From Clostridia bacterium (GTDB taxonomy: Bacteria; Bacillota; Clostridia; HGM11514): 24,000 bases of DNA. The number at the start of each line of letters is the position of its first letter. Position 1 is the stretch's first letter. The position numbers were made by a program, and so were the translations under genes. Below, piece by piece: positions 1 through 8,874 of this stretch. Location of the stretch: positions 7,996 to 31,995 of the forward strand of contig JAZQHN010000039.1 of the NCBI GenBank assembly GCA_045540615.1. The letters are read 5' to 3'. Under the pieces are notes generated by a model. That model did no database searches and was not told the DNA's origin. It was given only the letters and a program-made list of their open reading frames with translations.

Positions 1-344
1 AAAACAGCAGCTTTCCCTGTTAACCCCCATTTTTTAGATAAATGGTATAAGCCAACGATTAAAAATCCATTGATCAATACATTAACTCCAAGCAACCAGG
101 GATAAATTACCGTAATTTCTTCTGAAAATGCCATAACCGGCAACAAAAACAAACTATAACCAGGTAAAAAATAAAGTCCGTCTCCCGTACCATTCAGTAA
201 TTTCTGCGCCCATCCAAGATACCCTGTTTCCTCCGGAAAAAGGGTAGGAATCCGTTCTCCAAACAGCAGAAGAATGCTGCAAAATAACACATATCCCGCA
301 TATAACCAAAGCTCTGTTTGGTACAGCTTTAATCGTTTGTTCAT
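1..344 (-). CDS. GT-C-like polytopic membrane protein, array paralog 4 (N-terminal 114 codons only; gene runs off the left edge)
   Basis: Not in the ORF track because it leaves the window. Hand translation of the minus strand from ATG 344..342 stays open to position 3: MNKRLKLYQTELWLYAGYVLFCSILLLFGERIPTLFPEETGYLGWAQKLLNGTGDGLYFLPGYSLFLLPVMAFSEEITVIYPWLLGVNVLINGFLIVGLYHLSKKWGLTGKAAV. It aligns with the N-termini of the three upstream paralogs (FPEETGYLGWA, YFLPGYS, IYP). GGAGGAG at 356..350 precedes the ATG. The ATG overlaps the upstream TGA (ATGA at 341-344). Confidence 0.85.
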   Translation of the reverse strand, partial: MNKRLKLYQTELWLYAGYVLFCSILLLFGERIPTLFPEETGYLGWAQKLLNGTGDGLYFLPGYSLFLLPVMAFSEEITVIYPWLLGVNVLINGFLIVGLYHLSKKWGLTGKAAV

Positions 345-2785
345 GGAAGCTCCTCCAATCTAATCTCTATGGCATCAATTGTCAGACCAAATTCATGATT
401 GTTCACACTTTTCCCCAAAATATCTTCAAATCGATGTACCGCAAACTGAACGGGCTTCAGATTACTGTCCAAAGATAAAAAGGACATCCATTTCGGCAAG
501 CCCGATTCTTCAAAGGGATTCACTGTATCGGTCCGGATAGTAATTGAGGTAATTTCCTCAAGTCCATCAAAAGGAAAATAATAAGCTCCGTTATCATATT
601 TTTCAGAAAAAACTGTCAGGCTATCATTAAATACTACAGACACATGATCACGCTGATCTCTTGATTCAATCAGCAACACGCCCTTTCCTCCGGGCATTTT
701 AATCTGTTCTATCCGTGCCTCAGCCCCTGTATCATTGCCATAAAATCCGACTAAATTTCCTGCATAACTGCTTCCTTCTACGGCATTGGCATATTTCAGA
801 TGAGAAAAAGCAATCCTCCGAAAGCTATGGTCATATTCCCAAAAAGATGTTTCTACAAATACACCTGCCTCTTTTTTTAATACCAAAGGAGTATCTCCTC
901 TGTCAGAAAACCAGGCAACAAATTCTGTCAGCGGTTGAATTTCCACATATTCACAAGCATCAGAAAAACGAACGGAAAAGGTCTGACTATGATCCCGATT
1001 TAAATTTTCGGAAAAATCAAATCTCTGGTCAGAAATCATATTTTTTTCTTTATCAAACTGCCGTACTCCCAGGCGTACCGCATGACGCAAATCCTTGACC
1101 GATGCCCAACATAGCCACGGACTTCCTACATTTTGAACCGTAATTTCCAAGGTGTTCTCTGTCTGATTCCAACGGTACTCTGCATCATAATCTGCTATTT
1201 CGTCGGGATAAGCAAGTGTCTCACCCTGACCGTTACGACTATAAAGATATACAGGGCGGTTATACTCTATTCCAATCAATATGCCCTCATCGCTTAACTG
1301 ACTGCTCATCATAAAGGGTTGTCCGTAATCCTCTGTACTCATTACCAAATCAGGACGTTGTACTCGGTAATTGTGATGTTCCCAGGAAAGACGGTCTGCC
1401 CGAACATAAATTTCCGCATGCTCCGGAAGCTGTTTTGCCAACGATAAAGCACGTCCTTTATAGTTGGATTCCGGTTCAAAATAACTTCCCTGCATCCAAA
1501 TGCTTTGTACTAAAAACGCTGCAAAAATACATACAATCGTTAAATTTTTTTCCTTTTTTCCAATCCACAAAAACAGCAAAGAACCTATTAAAAACAAGCT
1601 TGCTGCCCACCAATAACGAAAGGAATGTAATATCAATCGGCTAAAAAACAAACCAGTACAATGAATCATCCAACTGTCCAGGTTTGCCGTTTCCTTTCCA
1701 TATAAAACTCCTGTCAGCAATACAACTGCAAGAGATATCATCCAAAGCCAAAAGGGCACCTTTTGTTTGCTCCAGCGGGCATACACACCCAATAGCAAAA
1801 GAGGAACAATCACTTCCAGATAACGTCCGTATAAAATATGGTCAGGCCGTTCGTGATGATACATATACACCGCAGACAAACACCACAAAAAGAAGAGGCT
1901 TGCCAAGGTGAAAATCCAAAGAATATTTCCTTTCTCTCTTTTTCTCAAAGAAGAAATTCCGTAATATAAGCCTACTGCCGCCATCCCATAGGTAGAAAAG
2001 AGCAAATAACAAAAGTGAGAAAGCAGGGTAGTCAAGAACGAAAATATCCCCTTTGCGGTCATTAAATGGATCAACTGGTCCGTAATATGGGATGCCCCTA
2101 CATGAGAGGAACCGGAACATACCAAACATATTCCCGCACTAATCATACAGGCACAGACTATTCCGCACCCGATCAGCAATCTCTTTTTCTCCTTCAGCAA
2201 CACCGCTGCCGCCACCAATGCACCCAGACAGAACATCACACCTCTGGGATGAGTTAAGGATGCCCAAATTCCCAACACGCCAAGCAAAATCCACGTTCCT
2301 GCTGATGCTCTGTTTTTTTCTAAGGAAACCAAACAAAGAGCCATTGCCAACAATAAAACCGAAAGCAAAGTTTCACACCAACCAAGGCGGACATAAGAAG
2401 TAACCGCCGGATACAACGATGCAACGCTGCAAATAAATGCACGCTTTAGTACTGCTGCCGGTTTACACCATTCCTTGCTGAGGCGGTATAAAAAAACCGG
2501 AATCAACCCTCCCAAAAAAGCATTCAGCTTAATCATGAGGGGATAGACTAGGGTAATATCATCGGAAAAGAAAAAGAAAGGAGCAGCTAAAATACTGTAG
2601 CCGGGATAATAGTGCAATCCATCTCCCGCATTTCCTGCCAATATTCTTGCCCAACCAATATAACCCGCTTCATCAGGATAGATGATAGGGAATTTAGAAT
2701 CCTTTCCCAAATACAGAAAAAACAAAGCAAACAAAAGGAATAATATTCCTTCTGTCATGAAATCTGTCTTTTTCTCCTTTGTCAT
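341..2785 (-). CDS. GT-C-like polytopic membrane protein with large C-terminal extracytoplasmic-type region, array paralog 3 (814 aa)
   Basis: Long ORF. Many hydrophobic helices in aa 1-~435, then ~380 aa that are non-hydrophobic and beta-rich. Motifs: IYPDEAGYIGWAR (2645..2683), YYPGYS, SLYPA, THPRG, YHHERPDHILYGRY. SD GAGGTGA at 2799..2793. ATGA overlap with the upstream paralog (2782-2785). The GT-C assignment is inferred from architecture and motifs. Confidence 0.8.
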   Translation of the reverse strand: MTKEKKTDFMTEGILFLLFALFFLYLGKDSKFPIIYPDEAGYIGWARILAGNAGDGLHYYPGYSILAAPFFFFSDDITLVYPLMIKLNAFLGGLIPVFLYRLSKEWCKPAAVLKRAFICSVASLYPAVTSYVRLGWCETLLSVLLLAMALCLVSLEKNRASAGTWILLGVLGIWASLTHPRGVMFCLGALVAAAVLLKEKKRLLIGCGIVCACMISAGICLVCSGSSHVGASHITDQLIHLMTAKGIFSFLTTLLSHFCYLLFSTYGMAAVGLYYGISSLRKREKGNILWIFTLASLFFLWCLSAVYMYHHERPDHILYGRYLEVIVPLLLLGVYARWSKQKVPFWLWMISLAVVLLTGVLYGKETANLDSWMIHCTGLFFSRLILHSFRYWWAASLFLIGSLLFLWIGKKEKNLTIVCIFAAFLVQSIWMQGSYFEPESNYKGRALSLAKQLPEHAEIYVRADRLSWEHHNYRVQRPDLVMSTEDYGQPFMMSSQLSDEGILIGIEYNRPVYLYSRNGQGETLAYPDEIADYDAEYRWNQTENTLEITVQNVGSPWLCWASVKDLRHAVRLGVRQFDKEKNMISDQRFDFSENLNRDHSQTFSVRFSDACEYVEIQPLTEFVAWFSDRGDTPLVLKKEAGVFVETSFWEYDHSFRRIAFSHLKYANAVEGSSYAGNLVGFYGNDTGAEARIEQIKMPGGKGVLLIESRDQRDHVSVVFNDSLTVFSEKYDNGAYYFPFDGLEEITSITIRTDTVNPFEESGLPKWMSFLSLDSNLKPVQFAVHRFEDILGKSVNNHEFGLTIDAIEIRLEELP

Positions 2786-5199
2786 TTTTCTGTCACCTCT
2801 GATTCTATTACAATCTGTTTTATTTCCAAGCCCTCGTACCGACTTTCATACCAACGGTTTAACAGCTTTACATTAGAGGTTTTCCATTCCACGGGATACC
2901 GCAAAACCATTTCAGATACCCTGTCTGTTGATAAGGGGAATCTGTAACAGCCATCCTTCCATTCTGCTTTCCCTAAGGAAACCCCGTTTACCAAAACCTC
3001 CAAAGGCTGTCCTTTTTGAGCATATATTGCTAACATTCCCTGTTCAGGGACAGGACAGGAAAAATTGGTTATTCTGCTTTCTTTCCCTGCCATTCCATTG
3101 TAAAACCCACTTAAATTGGGCTTCCATGTTGTATTTTGAAGCTCGATTCCTTCTTTCATATGGCTTAATTCAATTCTTCCGAAAGAAAGAGTCGCGCTAT
3201 CCGCTTCTTTCTCAACGGGGACAAAAATGCTCTGTCCCTTTTTGTTTTCTATTTCATACATCTGACCTTCATCCAGCCAGGTGTTATATTCTTTTGCAGC
3301 TCTTACATACACATATTTTGCTTCCTTCGGAGGCTGTAACCTCCACTCGGCACTTTCTCCTCCATACAAATTCATAGGCAATTCCAATCGGTCGGAAAAA
3401 AGGAGCGTATCATCCTCCCCGTACCATACCGCAAGCAATGCCGTACATTCCCGAATATTTTGAGCAGATGCATAACAAAGCAGGGGGGCATCCTCAGCGG
3501 TAAGAGTCGCAGTTCCGTCAGAAGAAAGGGTCACCGTTGCCCTTGATTCTCCCCGATTCATAATATCATTTTCATATTTTTTCGCAGTTTCTTCTGTCCG
3601 TGCCCATAAATATACATTCACATTTTGCTCCATTGCAAGCAAGGGCAAATCATATCCTGTCTGACGGGTTAAAAGCAATCCTTGATTTTCTTCCTCTACC
3701 GTAATAGAAAGAGAAGGATTTTCCGTCATATATCGGTCATATTCCCAGGCATAACCCAAATTATTTTCTTCCTGTTCAATCACCTTAATTTGCTCTCCGT
3801 CCGCCAACACACCCATCAGCTCTGAAGGGGTATTTCTAGCATCAGACCAGGCTTTAAAATAAGTCAAATCTGTATAACAAATACTAATGAAAAACAACAC
3901 ACAAAGAGTTAGGATCTCTGCCACTCTGCTCTTTTTCCCAATCAGGAAAAGCAATACAGATAACAGACCAAACAATAATACCATTTGCCAATAATCAAAT
4001 ACTTGTAAAACCATTCGGTAAAGCCCGATGCCAAACACCTGCGCCACTTCCGAATCCACACTGCCCGAAGAAATTCTGGCAAGAAACTCTCCTTCATTTC
4101 CGTTTGCCAAAAGAGGAGCTTGCTTCCATCCTGTTACCAAAAGGGCAAACAAGCATGGAATAAGAACCCATTTTCCCATTCTTTTTTCTTTTAACATGGC
4201 TGTGATTCCTAACAAAAGCAGTCCTACAGTCATGCAATCATTGTACCGCCCGTAAAGAATATGCACCGGTTTTTCATGATGACTCATATAAAGACAAGAC
4301 AATAAAAATAAAAAACACCAACAGCTTAAAATGCACCAAGCAGCTTGCCATCCTTGCTCTTTTTTCACAATAATCCGAATTCCGTACCAAACACCGAAAG
4401 CACCTACAAAAAAGGTAGAACAAAGGAGATAAGCTCCTTGGGAAAGAATGGCATAAAGAAAATCTTTAATGCCACGGGAGGTAAGAAGTCCTACAAGCTG
4501 TTCCTGCAAATGAAGGGTGTTGGTATTGCTTCTCAGAAAAAACAAAAAGACGGTTATCAGTCCAACGACAAAAACTACTCCCACTCCCAGTATCGCTTTC
4601 TTTCTTTGCTCCCGTTTGACCAAAACAGGCAAACTGACCGCCAACGCAGGCAACACAATCAGAGCTCTGGTATGGGTAATCAGTAGAAAAGCCGTCAAAC
4701 ATCCCAGTCTGATCCACCCCCATGTATGTTTTGGATTCTGAGAAAGCAAACCGCATTGGAGTAGATATAGCACAAAAAGGGTCGCAAGAAGAATTTCACA
4801 TAATGCCATATTTGCATACATCAGATAAGCAGGATAAAGAGCACAAGCTACTGCACAAAGGAAACTGTTTCTATCAGAAAGTGCCAATACTTTGCCCAAG
4901 CGATATACCCCTACAGGTAAAAATCCTCCGATCAGTCCATTCACTGCCAATATCAAAGGATAGGCAACAGCCAGCTTGTTGGTCAAAGCAAAAACAGGAA
5001 GTAAAAATAGGCTGTACCCCGGCAGATACCGAACTCCATCAGACATTCCGTATATGATTTTTCTTGCCCAACCGATATATCCCCGTTCATCTCCATACAT
5101 AAGGGGCATTTTCGCCGCTTGCATTAAAATAAGATGCAACAGAACAAAGGAACAATATAAGAACAACTCTATCCGATATCGTTTCATAAATTGTTTCAT
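2782..5199 (-). CDS. GT-C-like polytopic membrane protein, array paralog 2 (805 aa)
   Basis: Long ORF. TM-rich aa 1-~445 and soluble-type aa ~446-805. Motifs: MYGDERGYIGWAR (5062..5100), RYLPGYS, ALYPA, THTRA, SHHEKPVHILYGRY. SD GGGGAGGG at 5210..5203. ATGA overlap with the upstream paralog (5196-5199). Confidence 0.8.
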   Translation of the reverse strand: MKQFMKRYRIELFLYCSFVLLHLILMQAAKMPLMYGDERGYIGWARKIIYGMSDGVRYLPGYSLFLLPVFALTNKLAVAYPLILAVNGLIGGFLPVGVYRLGKVLALSDRNSFLCAVACALYPAYLMYANMALCEILLATLFVLYLLQCGLLSQNPKHTWGWIRLGCLTAFLLITHTRALIVLPALAVSLPVLVKREQRKKAILGVGVVFVVGLITVFLFFLRSNTNTLHLQEQLVGLLTSRGIKDFLYAILSQGAYLLCSTFFVGAFGVWYGIRIIVKKEQGWQAAWCILSCWCFLFLLSCLYMSHHEKPVHILYGRYNDCMTVGLLLLGITAMLKEKRMGKWVLIPCLFALLVTGWKQAPLLANGNEGEFLARISSGSVDSEVAQVFGIGLYRMVLQVFDYWQMVLLFGLLSVLLFLIGKKSRVAEILTLCVLFFISICYTDLTYFKAWSDARNTPSELMGVLADGEQIKVIEQEENNLGYAWEYDRYMTENPSLSITVEEENQGLLLTRQTGYDLPLLAMEQNVNVYLWARTEETAKKYENDIMNRGESRATVTLSSDGTATLTAEDAPLLCYASAQNIRECTALLAVWYGEDDTLLFSDRLELPMNLYGGESAEWRLQPPKEAKYVYVRAAKEYNTWLDEGQMYEIENKKGQSIFVPVEKEADSATLSFGRIELSHMKEGIELQNTTWKPNLSGFYNGMAGKESRITNFSCPVPEQGMLAIYAQKGQPLEVLVNGVSLGKAEWKDGCYRFPLSTDRVSEMVLRYPVEWKTSNVKLLNRWYESRYEGLEIKQIVIESEVTEK

Positions 5200-7529
5200 A
5201 AGCCCTCCCCAACCATAATACGGTCAATTTGAATCCCACGGGGATTAAAATCCCAGCATTGATCAAATACCTTTTCCATCCCACGTACAAACAGAGAAAT
5301 CGGCTTACATAATGAATCAGACCGTAAAAATCCGAAAATTTTCGGAACTCCTGCTTCTTTGGCGGGCACTGTTACTTCACTTTCTATTTCAATACAATTG
5401 ATTTCGGTAATTCCTTCCAAATCATAACAATACCCTTCTTTTTTGTGTGAAACCAAATTTAAAGCGGTATCGTTCACTGTTACAAAAGGAGATTCTGTTT
5501 TACTGTCCGTTTCAATGATAAGACAGCTTCCGTCAACCTTCCAACCAAGATTATCATAAATTGTCATACCCGTACTATATCCGCGAAACATTCCCTTTGT
5601 CTGACGGGGATAGTCCTCCCCGCCCAAAACATCAAATCTTTTATTCTCCACTTTTGCTTGCTTACAATCTGTTAGTTTACCGTCCTGTACCGTTACCAAT
5701 ACACAAGCAGATGCTATCACTTCAGACAAATCTACCGAGGGAGAAATTTGGATTCGATAACTGCCATCTTTTAAAGAAAGAGGTATCTCCACAGTTGTTT
5801 CTTGTCCCTGATATAAATTATGCGGTAAATCGATTCGAAACTGTTCTTCATCGTTCTCAGAAGTCACCCAGACCACCAATCTGACACAATCTTCTAAATG
5901 CTCAGCACCATTGTAGCAAATCCAGGGTGCACCTGTATTCTTCATAAAAAGGGTCAGTCCTTTTTCGTTCCAATCTATAATGTTTGCATCTCCTGAAAGA
6001 GTTTGTTCTTCTCCCTCTTTCTGACAAAGGTATAAGGCATCATAGGTTTCGCTTCCGGCTATGATACCTTCTTTTTTCTGCGTTAACAACATATCTGCAT
6101 TCTTTGAAATTGTTAATTCAGGCTTAAGCGTAAGCAAATGATATACACCCCAAGGATACCCCATGGTATCCCCCTCCAAAGGTTTGGCATCCACTTCCCC
6201 ATTCACCAGATTCACAAGCTGAGACGGTTGATAGCGAGGAGCGGCTCCCTTGATAAAGTAATCATACTTGGTATAGCATGAAGTGACCAAAAACAAAACA
6301 CATAAAAACATAGTAGCAAAAACAGGGTTGTGCTGACGAATCAAATACATTATTCCGCCCCACAAACCAAACCAGACCGCCACACCTGCAAAAGTAAAGC
6401 GGCTGAACAAAATCTTATAAAAATATAAACCCCAAGTATGACATAAATTACTGTCAATTCCAACCAATTCTGCATGATAACGAAGACCTGTAAAGACGGC
6501 TAATATGGCAAATAAAACAGCAATCCACCAGTATTTCCGTTGTTTCAAAAATGAGGTCATCCCTAACAGTAAAATGCCTCCTAAAGCGAATTCATTGTAT
6601 CGTCCATAAAGGATATGATCCGGCTTTTCATGATGATTCATAAAAATCGCAGACAAAAGCATAGAAAACAGAAAACTAATCAAAATAAACCAAACGGCAG
6701 GATGATTTTTCTTTTTGAGAAGAACAATTCCCTGCCACACACCAAGTGCCCCTACCCCAAAGGTGGACAGCATGAGATAATAGCTTTGAGAAAACAGGGT
6801 AGAAACACTGTTCCACAATCCATTCACCGTCAGCAAGCCCATAAGCTGTTCTCGAAGATGTGCACCATTGATTGATTCTGTTCCAAATAAATACAAAACT
6901 CCCGCTATGGCTGTTAAAATCAAAATACCGCAACAGGAAAACACAGCTTTTTTTCGCCATGGCTTATTCCATGCAAAGCTGCAAAATGCCGCTAATACAC
7001 CAAGAATAACCGCGCCGCACCGACCGTGACTTACCATCATCCAAACACAACAAAGCAAAGAGAGAAGTCCCGCCCATTTATGTTTTCCCCATTGGCATAC
7101 TGACCATAACAGAAAAGTATATAAAAAAGTTAAAAATACCTCTGATAAAGCAAGATTGCCGTATAACAGCCATGCAGGATACAACCCTATCACCATAGTG
7201 CTCAGCAACCTTTTTTTCCCTTCTAAAAAAGTGCTTGAAATACCGTAAAAAAGTACAGGAATTGACGCACCCAGTAAACAATTGAAGAAAATTATGACAG
7301 GATAAGCCTTCAATAGATCATTAGTAAACCAAAAAATAGGAGAAAGAAGAAAACCGTATCCGGGCAGATACCGCCAAGTTTGAGCAGACCTGCCTGCAAG
7401 CTCTCTTGCCCATCCGATATAACCTGCTTCATCGGGATAAATTAAAGGAGAAACAGCCCCCCGGGTCATCAAAACCCAGATGGCTAAAAAAGTAACATAT
7501 ATCAAAATGTGTACTTTATATCTTCTCAT
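5196..7529 (-). CDS. GT-C-like polytopic membrane protein, array paralog 1 (777 aa)
   Basis: Long ORF. TM-rich aa 1-~420 and soluble-type aa ~421-777 (5199..6269). Motifs: IYPDEAGYIGWAR (7404..7442), RYLPGYG, GLYPA, SHGRC, NHHEKPDHILYGRY (6597..6635). SD AAGGA at 7541..7537 lies inside the last codons of the M16 gene. Only 3 nt separate the M16 stop (7533) from this start. Confidence 0.8.
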   Translation of the reverse strand: MRRYKVHILIYVTFLAIWVLMTRGAVSPLIYPDEAGYIGWARELAGRSAQTWRYLPGYGFLLSPIFWFTNDLLKAYPVIIFFNCLLGASIPVLFYGISSTFLEGKKRLLSTMVIGLYPAWLLYGNLALSEVFLTFLYTFLLWSVCQWGKHKWAGLLSLLCCVWMMVSHGRCGAVILGVLAAFCSFAWNKPWRKKAVFSCCGILILTAIAGVLYLFGTESINGAHLREQLMGLLTVNGLWNSVSTLFSQSYYLMLSTFGVGALGVWQGIVLLKKKNHPAVWFILISFLFSMLLSAIFMNHHEKPDHILYGRYNEFALGGILLLGMTSFLKQRKYWWIAVLFAILAVFTGLRYHAELVGIDSNLCHTWGLYFYKILFSRFTFAGVAVWFGLWGGIMYLIRQHNPVFATMFLCVLFLVTSCYTKYDYFIKGAAPRYQPSQLVNLVNGEVDAKPLEGDTMGYPWGVYHLLTLKPELTISKNADMLLTQKKEGIIAGSETYDALYLCQKEGEEQTLSGDANIIDWNEKGLTLFMKNTGAPWICYNGAEHLEDCVRLVVWVTSENDEEQFRIDLPHNLYQGQETTVEIPLSLKDGSYRIQISPSVDLSEVIASACVLVTVQDGKLTDCKQAKVENKRFDVLGGEDYPRQTKGMFRGYSTGMTIYDNLGWKVDGSCLIIETDSKTESPFVTVNDTALNLVSHKKEGYCYDLEGITEINCIEIESEVTVPAKEAGVPKIFGFLRSDSLCKPISLFVRGMEKVFDQCWDFNPRGIQIDRIMVGEGL

Positions 7530-7532
7530 ACC

Positions 7533-8783
7533 CTAATCCTTTTTCATTTTTTTAATCAAATCAGGAATTGCTCCTGCTGCAGCAATACAAAAACGTTCCG
7601 GAGTGAACACCCGTTCAATCACTCGTTTGGCATCCTCTAAGGTGACAGCATCAATCAGCTGCAACACCTGTTCCGGTGTTTTTACCGATTCTTCTAACAA
7701 TAGACCCTTACCCAAATGACTCATTCTTGAGGACGTAGATTCCAGACCTAATAAATATCCACCTGCCAATTGATCCTTACAAGCAGAAAGCTCTTCTTCA
7801 GAAATTCCATTTTCACACAATTCCTTGATTTCCCTGAAAATCAATTCCATGGTTTCTTCTGTATTTTCAGGGCTGATTCCCGCACTGATTGCTAATATTC
7901 CGGATTTGTTGTAACAAAGTGGGTACGACCCTATTGAATAAGCAAGGCCTCTTTGCTCGCGGATATTTTGGAATAGACGAGAGCTCATTCCGCCCCCGAA
8001 CAAAGTATTTACTGTTAACAAGGGATATAAATCCTTATCTTTTCTTGAAACACCTTCAAAACCAAATACAAACTGTGTTTGCTCCGCATCCTTTTCTTTA
8101 TAGCTCACTCCCGGATGAAATACCAAAGGAGATTCCGGAAATTGAGGAGTCCAAGACATCACCTTTGCCATTCTTTTTTCCAAAAGCTCAATGACCTGAG
8201 AAAGCTCAAAGCTTCCTGCAATGGCAAACACCATATTTTCAGGATGATAAAATCGATCCATATAGGAAATAAGATGATTTCGTTCAAATGCTTTGATTCC
8301 CTTTTGAGTCCCCAAAATCGTTCTACCGGCGGGACAATCGCCCCATGCTTGTTGAGACAGCAAATCTCCTACCAATTCCTCAGGGGAATCCTCATAAAGA
8401 CTGATTTCCTCTGCTATTACTCGTTTTTCCAGCTCCATATCTTCCGGAGAAAAAAGGGAATGAAACAACATATCGCAAAGGACGTCAATGGCTGTTTCCA
8501 ACTGTCTGTCCAGAGTTTTTACATAATAACAGGTATATTCATCTGACGTGAAAGCATTAAGCACGCCACCTGTTCTGTCTATCGCCTGAACAATTTGGCA
8601 CGCGCTTCGGTTTTCGGTTCCTTTGAACAACATGTGTTCCAAAAAATGAGAAATTCCGTTTTCCTGTTTTTTCTCCGTCAGACCGCCTGCCTGAATAAAA
8701 AATCCTGCGGTCACAGACTTTACATGGGAAATTTTTTCCGCTCCAATTCGCAAGCCGTTGGACAAAGTATAAAATTGAACCAT
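7533..8783 (-). CDS. M16 family (insulinase/pitrilysin-like) zinc peptidase
   Basis: HFLEHMLFKG carries the inverted HxxEH zinc motif typical of M16. Length and sequence are M16B-like. Its position after pnp matches the Bacillus-type rpsO-pnpA-...-mlpA neighbourhood. I moved the start to ATG 8783 (MVQFYTLSNGL...), preceded by GGAGGTGGAA. The 54-codon extension in the ORF track would cross the pnp-distal hairpin and overlap pnp. Confidence 0.9.
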   Translation of the reverse strand: MVQFYTLSNGLRIGAEKISHVKSVTAGFFIQAGGLTEKKQENGISHFLEHMLFKGTENRSACQIVQAIDRTGGVLNAFTSDEYTCYYVKTLDRQLETAIDVLCDMLFHSLFSPEDMELEKRVIAEEISLYEDSPEELVGDLLSQQAWGDCPAGRTILGTQKGIKAFERNHLISYMDRFYHPENMVFAIAGSFELSQVIELLEKRMAKVMSWTPQFPESPLVFHPGVSYKEKDAEQTQFVFGFEGVSRKDKDLYPLLTVNTLFGGGMSSRLFQNIREQRGLAYSIGSYPLCYNKSGILAISAGISPENTEETMELIFREIKELCENGISEEELSACKDQLAGGYLLGLESTSSRMSHLGKGLLLEESVKTPEQVLQLIDAVTLEDAKRVIERVFTPERFCIAAAGAIPDLIKKMKKD

Positions 8784-8794
8784 TTCCACCTCCG

Positions 8795-8849
8795 AAAAAA
8801 TAAAGGGACCGACCGGCAGGGAGCATGTTGTCCCCTTTGCCGCGGCCGG
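8795..8849 (-). terminator. GC-rich hairpin plus T-run between pnp and the M16 gene (putative partial terminator or 3' stabiliser)
   Basis: Minus strand reads ...CCGGCCGCGGCAAAGGGGACAACATGCTCCCTGCCGGTCGGTCCCTTTATTTTTTCGGAGG. Possible pairings are AAAGGGG/TCCCTTT and CCGGC/GCCGG, followed by TTTATTTTTT directly before the M16 SD. The folding is ambiguous by eye. Confidence 0.45.
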
Positions 8850-8874
8850 CCCATTCCATGTTATTATTCTGCTC

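Noticed and set aside
715-7281. Numerous 60-150-aa ORFs on both strands inside the four array genes (e.g. 715-1098, 2928-3377, 4345-4686, 5561-5884)
   Set aside because: All are nested in or antisense to long, motif-bearing, mutually homologous CDSs. None has a convincing SD or a recognisable sequence.
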